From a virus (taxonomy: Duplodnaviria; Caudoviricetes), in IMG/VR virus record IMGVR_UViG_3300021185_003947: a DNA stretch of 64,000 bases; one strand, 5' to 3'. Made by a program: the position numbers and the translations under genes. The notes under the pieces were generated by a model. It did no database searches. It worked only from the letters and a program-made list of their open reading frames with translations, and was not told the DNA's origin. Positions 57,667 to 64,000 of this stretch are shown one piece after another. Position 1 is the first letter of the stretch, and the number at the start of each line of letters is the position of its first letter.

Positions 57667-60600
57667 TTATTTTTCTATGAACAGCCAACCATTAGCTACA
57701 TTATAATATACTAATCCAAATGCTGCTCTATTAACATCAATTGTTAGATCTGAATCTCCGCCTTCAATTTTATGACCATTTCTTCCAATTGTAATAGCGT
57801 TTGTAGCAGCCTGACCAGTTCCATCAATAATTCTAATTTCATCTCCAAGCGATGCAGCTACTGGAAGATTAACTGTTTTAGTAGTGCTTGTATCAATAAT
57901 TAATCTTTGCCCAGCGACCGCAGTAATCGGTGTTGTAGTAATCTCTGCCCATGCTGCAGGAAGATTAACTCTTGCTGCAACATATGCACTATCAACTAAT
58001 CCCTGTAATGCTTGTTCATTAACAGTAACATTACCTGCTTTATTTTCAATTGCAGTAATTGTGATTTCATCAGATGCGGAAGCACCAGACGTTAGTGTAA
58101 TAGTATTTGTTATTGGATTAGATGTAAAGTCATCTGAATCCATAAGTTTAATACCATTTTGGAATACACTAAAGTTACTTGAATCGATTCCTAATGTTTT
58201 AGAATTAGCATCAGCACCAGTAAACGCTGTTTGACCATTTGTAGCGATAAACTTAAAGGTGTTTATAAATGTATCGCCAACCATAATATGTGATGTCGTT
58301 TGTAATAAAGTATTAATTACAAGATCATCACCCGAGTCAGCAGTAAATCCATTTAATGTTATTGAATTTGCTGCAGCATTAACTGTATAATCTACAGCAG
58401 ATATTAAACGAATACCATTATTAAATACTTGATAATTATCAGTATCAATTGCTAGAGGTAAGCCATTTTTATCATTACCAGAGAATACTGTTTGTCCAGA
58501 ATCAGCTTCAAAATAATAATTAGCAAAACTAACGCCAGTCGTAGCTGTTCCGCCCGATGATCGAGCCGCAACATATGCGCTATCAATCATTCCAGTTACA
58601 GCAGCAGAATCTGTACCTGCTGGTAACACGCCTGGAGCCCAATACTTATTTGAGTTGTCCCAAATTAATATCTGACCTTCAGTTGGCGGAGTTGTATGAA
58701 CATCTTGAGCTAATGTAATGATATTACCTGTTGTTGATCTAGTTAATGTTTGAATAACTACATCATCTGAATCAGCTGCGCCTAATGTTAAAGTAACAGT
58801 ATTAGTACTAGAGTTAACATTATAATCTTCAACTCTATTTAAACGAATACCATTTAAATATACTTGATGATTACTATCTGTTATTGATAGAGATTGTGAA
58901 TTGAGATCATTACCAGTAAATGCTGTTTGACCAGCTGTTGCTCTAAACTTATAGTCTTTAAAATTAGTTTTACCAGCAAGAATATAGTTAGCTCCAGTAC
59001 CAGTGCTAATATTAGTTATGACTAAATCATCTCCAACATTTGCTCCAGTAGTAAGAACAACTCCTGTTGTTCCAGATACTGTATAATCAATATCTTTAAG
59101 AAGGTGAATACCATTTAAATATACTTGAATTCCAGTAGCAGTTACTGCAAGAGTATTACCAGCAACATCAGTACCACTAAATGTTGTTTGGTTAGCAGTT
59201 GCAGTAAATCTAAAGTTAGAATATTCAGATGAAACTGCAGCACCACCACTAGAAGTTTGTCTTGCTTGAATATAATCGCTATCAATTAAAGCTATTATTG
59301 TTGCACTATCAGCTGAACCGCCAGCGCTAGAAGCTGCTCCTGGAATCCATTTACTTGTTGCGGTATTATATACTAATGCTTGTCCATTTGTTGGAGATGG
59401 AGCATTAACATCTGTAAGAGCACCAAGTGTTGTTACTCCAGCTGAAGATCTTGCTAAAACATATGCTGAATCAATCATCCCACTTACGGCTGAACTATCA
59501 ATCCCTTGTGGAACAACTCTTGCTTGAACATATGCTGAATCAACTAATGTTCTTACGCCGACAGAATCATATTTTTCTCCAATAAGAGCTGTAATAGTAG
59601 TTGAGAAATTAGCATCATTTCCAAGTGCAGTTGCAAACTCATTTAGAGTATCCATTGCAGCTGGAGCCCCATCAATTAAATTATTAATAGCAGTGGTAAT
59701 ATCAGCGCCAGAAGCAAGATCTACCCAAGAACCAGCATGAGCAAAATATGCTTTGCCTGTTGCATGGACATGGGCGAACATACCATGATAAGACGCAGCG
59801 CTTGGAAGATCACTTAGCGCTGAATAAACATTAGAATATAGGATCTTATTCGCACCCATATCCAGATCTTTACCGGTAATATTGCTATCAACTCGTAAAT
59901 CTGTATAATATAAATTTGAATCTTCGGCAAGATTCTTTGTAGTTGCTCCACTTAGATCAATTGGAAGAGCCACACCTAAAGAATCAGTAGTAGTAAATAC
60001 ACCATTACTTTCTTTAATTCTTATTCCACCAAGATGGATAGTTGAACCACTTAAATATAAATCTCTCCATGCAGCAGTTGAACTACCGAGATCAAATAAT
60101 TTATCTGCACCTGGAATAATAGTATTGAATGTTACGTTAGTATTTTCTAATGGAATGCCTTGCCAATTTCCGCCTTTTGCTATTCTTGCAGTATTATCAC
60201 CTGTAGTAACTGCAACCATACCAGTATGCGTAGCGGCATTGGGTAATGCACCAGTATTGGATGCACTTGATTTAAATGTAATATTATGGCTACCAAAATC
60301 AACTGGTCTACTGCCTATTCCAGTTATTAGATTAACATGAGCACTATCAGCTATTGATTTAATATAATCACTATCAGCTACAAACTTAATATAATCGCTA
60401 TCAGCTATTGATTTCACATAATCTGAATCTGCAATTGATTTCACATAATCTGAATCTGCAATTGATTTCACATAATCGCTATCAATGATTCCTTTAATAT
60501 AGTCACTATCAGCTATTGATTTTACATAATCTGAATCTGCTACTGATTTAATGTAATCACTATCAGCTATTGATTTAATATAGTCCGAATCTGCTGCCGA

Positions 60601-63600
60601 TTTAATATAATCGCTATCAGCTATTGATTTAATATAAACATCATTAGCAATAAATTTAATGTAATCACTGTCAGCTACCGTTTTAATATAATCGCTATCA
60701 GCTATTGATCTAATATAATCACTGTCAGCTACTGTTTTAACATAATCACTATCAGCAATTGATTTAATATATTCAGAATTAATAATAAATTTAAAATGAT
60801 CTGAATCAAGTTTACCAGCAGCAACCAGATCTCCTTTTTGTATTCTTCTGTTAATAAAGTCTGAATCCATAATGCCGTCAATAATATCAACACCATTAAT
60901 GTGATATTTCATACCTGCAGCAATATTAATACCGTCTTTTGCGATTTTGGGGAGAGCAGGTACGCCTATGTCAATTGCAAAATTGCCAGATGGAGAAGTG
61001 CGGTCATAAAGTATTGATGACCGAGTCGTTGTAGCTTCTGGATCAATCTCATAGCCACCAAGTTCTTGTGATAAAATATTTGATGTATTTAGAGCAACAC
61101 CATTTAGTAGTATTTGAGAGGTGCCGCCGATATTACCAATTTCTAAATTTCCTGCTTTACCATTACCAGACTGAATTTTTGCATTGCCGGAAACTAGTAA
61201 ATGATAATTAGGATCAGCAATTGCGCCTATACCCATTTTAAAGCCAGGAAGATCACCATTAAATACGCCGCTAAGTTCACGCCTCATGTAATTGTTAGTA
61301 GTTAATATTTGATTAACTAAACCAATTCCTTCATCCGAATTTAAAAATGCAGTATCATCAAGATTCGCCATAATATAATTTTGATCAATCGCCTGTTGAT
61401 AAGTTTGACCTTTTGTAAATCCATGATTTTGTTGTCTTTCAAATACATAATCAGAATCAAAATATTCTGTAGCAGAATCAGGACCAATATAAAATTGTGC
61501 AGTTTGGTGAGTAAGATAAACTTGATTTCCCTGATGCGAATCAAGAATCTTATCACCTTGCCAATACAGTGATTGTACGTTAACACTACCATTAACATCT
61601 AAATCGTAACCAGGTGATGAAGTTTTAATCCCGACTCTTGGAGCTGTAGTACAAAGATAACCAGTGGTTGCATCATTGTAAAAATACATTGATTTCGGCA
61701 TAGTTGCTCGATAGTGTGTAGGATCAATATGTGATTGTACCCACGCAGCATCAGCATTAAATCTTATCCAAGCTTGATTAGCAACATTGTTTCTAATGTA
61801 ATGATAAAGAGTTTGACCTTGATGATATGCATCACCCGACCAATTTATGCTTCCATCAATATCTACCATATAAGCCGTATTAGGACTTACTTTATTAACC
61901 CCTACTGTTCCACCCATCAGAGCTATGACATTATTAGCTGCAACAGTTGCTTGTACAGAACTACTTGTATATGAACCAATTGCAACAGAATTTGTTCCAG
62001 TTACAGATACACCGGAACCTATCGATATTGCACCGTTACCCGAAGCTTGAGCATATGAACCTAAAGCCATACCGCCATTACTGACAATGTTTTCTTTACC
62101 AAATCCAAACCCATTTTCGCTTACATTATTTTTATTACCAAATGCATAAGCAAGATTAGATGTGCCACCATCAACAGCGTTCTCGTAACCATAAGCGTGA
62201 CCTCCATTAACAATAGTATTTAGATCGCCATAAGCCCAGCCAAAATCAGTAATTATATTGTCTTTACCGTAAGCATCACCAAATCCAGTAATGTTATTAC
62301 GAGTACCGTAAATATTCCCGCCTTTGGTTTGTACATTTTGACCACCAAATATATAGTTACCCTGACCCCCATTTGCGGAACTGTTTCTACCGGTAAGGTT
62401 TTTGTTGTCTGAACCATATACCCTTGTTCCATACCAATTCTCATTAGAAGAGCCATATACTTCTGAATTATATACAATATTTTTATTTTCATTGCCATAA
62501 ACTTTAGCCGCGTTGTTTACAGTCTCATTTGCATCACCATAAATTTTAGCATTTTTAGATGCACCTGAATTAACAGAACCAAATACATGTGATTCAGAGA
62601 TACTAGTATTATCGCCACCAAAGACTCTAGAAGCTTTACCAGTGGTATTACTAACTCCAAATGTAACTGATCCATTACCAGATCCAACATTATCTTTACC
62701 AAAGACAGTGGAGTTATTGCCACTTGCTCTATTAGATACACCGTAAGATATAGCACTTTTTCCAGTTGCATCAGTATTAATACCAATTGCAACTGAGTTA
62801 TTAGCAGACGATTTACTTCCAATACCAATCGCGGTAGATGTAGTACCACTTGCTGCCACGCCTGAACCCATTGATACTGCGGTTTTTCCTGCAGCTGAAC
62901 TATGACCTATTGCTATACCACCAACACCAGTAGTATTATTTTGACCTATTAAAATAGAGTTTTTTGGCGGTGCTGTGCCTGCGCTGGTAGGATAATTATC
63001 TCTACCAATATTTAATCCTGCTTCTCCGCCTGTTAAATTATATCCAATTGTTACAGCATTTATTCTTGTATTAACAAGTAAAGATCCAATAGCAGTATTA
63101 TTTACGTGAGAAGGTTGATTGCCATCATCGCCAGTAATATCTCTACCAATTACAACTCCACGGCCAGTTTCAAGTGTTTTACCAATTGCAACTCCACCTT
63201 CATCTGTTTTAGATGTACCCTTTGCTCCTACGTTAGTGATACCAATACCAAGAGATAGTGAATTTTGCTTATTGCTATTTGTAATATCTTTACCTACCGC
63301 AACACTAAATTGTCCAGGATTGGTAATTGTATGTCCTATTGAAACAACTCTAGTAGTGTGTAATGGTTGTTTTGTATGGCCATCAGCAGCATAATCAACG
63401 TTACCAGCAGATACATTATAACCGATAGCTGTTGAATGATCAGTAGCTACAACATTTGCACCAATACCTTGTGAGAATATGCCAACTTCTCCACTATCCC
63501 AAGTTGCCTTTTTACCGTCAACCCAACCGGCTCTAAAGGCTGCATAGCCAGGAATCCACATTAATCTTGCGCCAGAATCGAGTTGTTCACCTCCACCTGT

Positions 63601-64000
63601 TCTTGGAACTACGCCTGCTTTTGGATGCTCTGAGCTATCAATTAGGATTGAGCTTAAGAATAATACATTACCAGAATCTACGGCAAATCTAGTTTGATCA
63701 AATGGATCGATCATATCTCTTTTACCGATAATCACGCCGCCTTCTTCATCATAGTATATTTGTTGATTCGGAGACGTTCCTATTCTATTCCAAGGATCGG
63801 TAATTCTTGATCCAATATAATCATCATTGACAATTCTCATAATATTAGAATCAAAAGATCTTCCAACATAAGGATTAACTAAATTAAAACCTTTTGCTGA
63901 ATCATATGATACTGGATAATATGGACCAAAATAGAATTCAGCAGATTCGCCAGATGTCATGGTTTGTCCAACAGAATCCCAAACAGCTCCACCATATAAT
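57667..64000 (-). CDS. Very long tail-fibre/adhesin (over 2100 aa), 5' end beyond the window
   Basis: Frame stays open from ATG 63960 to the edge (LYGGAVWDSVGQT). Contains YadA-head-like A.G..S.A.G repeats, a nonamer stalk, YHGMFAHVH, repeated F.AT.GQT.F.G domains and a C-terminal LPAAW...GWLFIEK domain. Confidence 0.8.
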   Translation of the reverse strand, partial: LYGGAVWDSVGQTMTSGESAEFYFGPYYPVSYDSAKGFNLVNPYVGRSFDSNIMRIVNDDYIGSRITDPWNRIGTSPNQQIYYDEEGGVIIGKRDMIDPFDQTRFAVDSGNVLFLSSILIDSSEHPKAGVVPRTGGGEQLDSGARLMWIPGYAAFRAGWVDGKKATWDSGEVGIFSQGIGANVVATDHSTAIGYNVSAGNVDYAADGHTKQPLHTTRVVSIGHTITNPGQFSVAVGKDITNSNKQNSLSLGIGITNVGAKGTSKTDEGGVAIGKTLETGRGVVIGRDITGDDGNQPSHVNNTAIGSLLVNTRINAVTIGYNLTGGEAGLNIGRDNYPTSAGTAPPKNSILIGQNNTTGVGGIAIGHSSAAGKTAVSMGSGVAASGTTSTAIGIGSKSSANNSVAIGINTDATGKSAISYGVSNRASGNNSTVFGKDNVGSGNGSVTFGVSNTTGKASRVFGGDNTSISESHVFGSVNSGASKNAKIYGDANETVNNAAKVYGNENKNIVYNSEVYGSSNENWYGTRVYGSDNKNLTGRNSSANGGQGNYIFGGQNVQTKGGNIYGTRNNITGFGDAYGKDNIITDFGWAYGDLNTIVNGGHAYGYENAVDGGTSNLAYAFGNKNNVSENGFGFGKENIVSNGGMALGSYAQASGNGAISIGSGVSVTGTNSVAIGSYTSSSVQATVAANNVIALMGGTVGVNKVSPNTAYMVDIDGSINWSGDAYHQGQTLYHYIRNNVANQAWIRFNADAAWVQSHIDPTHYRATMPKSMYFYNDATTGYLCTTAPRVGIKTSSPGYDLDVNGSVNVQSLYWQGDKILDSHQGNQVYLTHQTAQFYIGPDSATEYFDSDYVFERQQNHGFTKGQTYQQAIDQNYIMANLDDTAFLNSDEGIGLVNQILTTNNYMRRELSGVFNGDLPGFKMGIGAIADPNYHLLVSGNAKIQSGNGKAGNLEIGNIGGTSQILLNGVALNTSNILSQELGGYEIDPEATTTRSSILYDRTSPSGNFAIDIGVPALPKIAKDGINIAAGMKYHINGVDIIDGIMDSDFINRRIQKGDLVAAGKLDSDHFKFIINSEYIKSIADSDYVKTVADSDYIRSIADSDYIKTVADSDYIKFIANDVYIKSIADSDYIKSAADSDYIKSIADSDYIKSVADSDYVKSIADSDYIKGIIDSDYVKSIADSDYVKSIADSDYVKSIADSDYIKFVADSDYIKSIADSAHVNLITGIGSRPVDFGSHNITFKSSASNTGALPNAATHTGMVAVTTGDNTARIAKGGNWQGIPLENTNVTFNTIIPGADKLFDLGSSTAAWRDLYLSGSTIHLGGIRIKESNGVFTTTDSLGVALPIDLSGATTKNLAEDSNLYYTDLRVDSNITGKDLDMGANKILYSNVYSALSDLPSAASYHGMFAHVHATGKAYFAHAGSWVDLASGADITTAINNLIDGAPAAMDTLNEFATALGNDANFSTTITALIGEKYDSVGVRTLVDSAYVQARVVPQGIDSSAVSGMIDSAYVLARSSAGVTTLGALTDVNAPSPTNGQALVYNTATSKWIPGAASSAGGSADSATIIALIDSDYIQARQTSSGGAAVSSEYSNFRFTATANQTTFSGTDVAGNTLAVTATGIQVYLNGIHLLKDIDYTVSGTTGVVLTTGANVGDDLVITNISTGTGANYILAGKTNFKDYKFRATAGQTAFTGNDLNSQSLSITDSNHQVYLNGIRLNRVEDYNVNSSTNTVTLTLGAADSDDVVIQTLTRSTTGNIITLAQDVHTTPPTEGQILIWDNSNKYWAPGVLPAGTDSAAVTGMIDSAYVAARSSGGTATTGVSFANYYFEADSGQTVFSGNDKNGLPLAIDTDNYQVFNNGIRLISAVDYTVNAAANSITLNGFTADSGDDLVINTLLQTTSHIMVGDTFINTFKFIATNGQTAFTGADANSKTLGIDSSNFSVFQNGIKLMDSDDFTSNPITNTITLTSGASASDEITITAIENKAGNVTVNEQALQGLVDSAYVAARVNLPAAWAEITTTPITAVAGQRLIIDTSTTKTVNLPVAASLGDEIRIIDGTGQAATNAITIGRNGHKIEGGDSDLTIDVNRAAFGLVYYNVANGWLFIEK
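60325..60783 (-). repeat. 17 tandem 27-bp coding repeats (consensus ADSDYIKSI)
   Basis: Counted in the translation and DNA. Confidence 0.92.

Noticed and set aside
60325-60783. 27-bp tandem repeats as a CRISPR array
   Set aside because: No unique spacers; the repeats are contiguous, in frame and vary synonymously within a CDS.
3029-63394. Many short alternative-frame and antisense ORFs in the track (e.g. 9279-9596, 16965-17321, 34405-34941, 57317-57706)
   Set aside because: They lie inside well-supported genes, lack an RBS or promoter and have shadow-ORF composition.
1-64000. tRNA or rRNA genes
   Set aside because: Intergenic gaps are short and none shows a cloverleaf or T-loop GTTCGA in a suitable context by eye; a tRNAscan run would be definitive.

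Overview
A 64 kb, AT-rich segment of a T4-like (Tevenvirinae/Kyanoviridae-type) myovirus genome. The IbpA-like Hsp20 with a ROSE-type leader, the DUF1127 gene and the metabolic genes point to a marine alphaproteobacterial host (inference). Left to right: (1) 1-8.9 kb, a nucleotide-modification and sugar-phosphate island. It holds a T4 gp42-like dCMP hydroxymethylase, dCMP deaminase, a HIGH-type cytidylyltransferase, myo-inositol-1-phosphate synthase, a HAD phosphatase, a truncated aGPT-Pplase/HMUDK-like helical protein, DUF1599, a MazG-like NTP-PPase, an AEP primase, PMM and PEP carboxykinase. (2) 8.9-22.9 kb, the replication and late-transcription core (gp43, hsp20, regA, gp62, gp44, gp45, gp46, gp47, gp55, uvsW, uvsY, gp3). 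(3) 23-31.8 kb, an inverted cassette of modular tail-fibre/collar genes and chaperones built from shared DNA repeats. (4) 32-46.7 kb, head, tail, terminase and neck genes (gp23 to gp13). (5) 46.8-64 kb, very large fibre/lectin-like virion proteins, the last truncated by the window edge. The leading hypothesis is an undescribed inositol(-phosphate) hypermodification of hydroxymethylcytosine DNA. Other highlights are a phage-borne ROSE RNA thermometer, a shuffling fibre cassette and a strong Asp-Ser motif enrichment in virion proteins. All family calls come from motif recognition by eye; no database searches were run.
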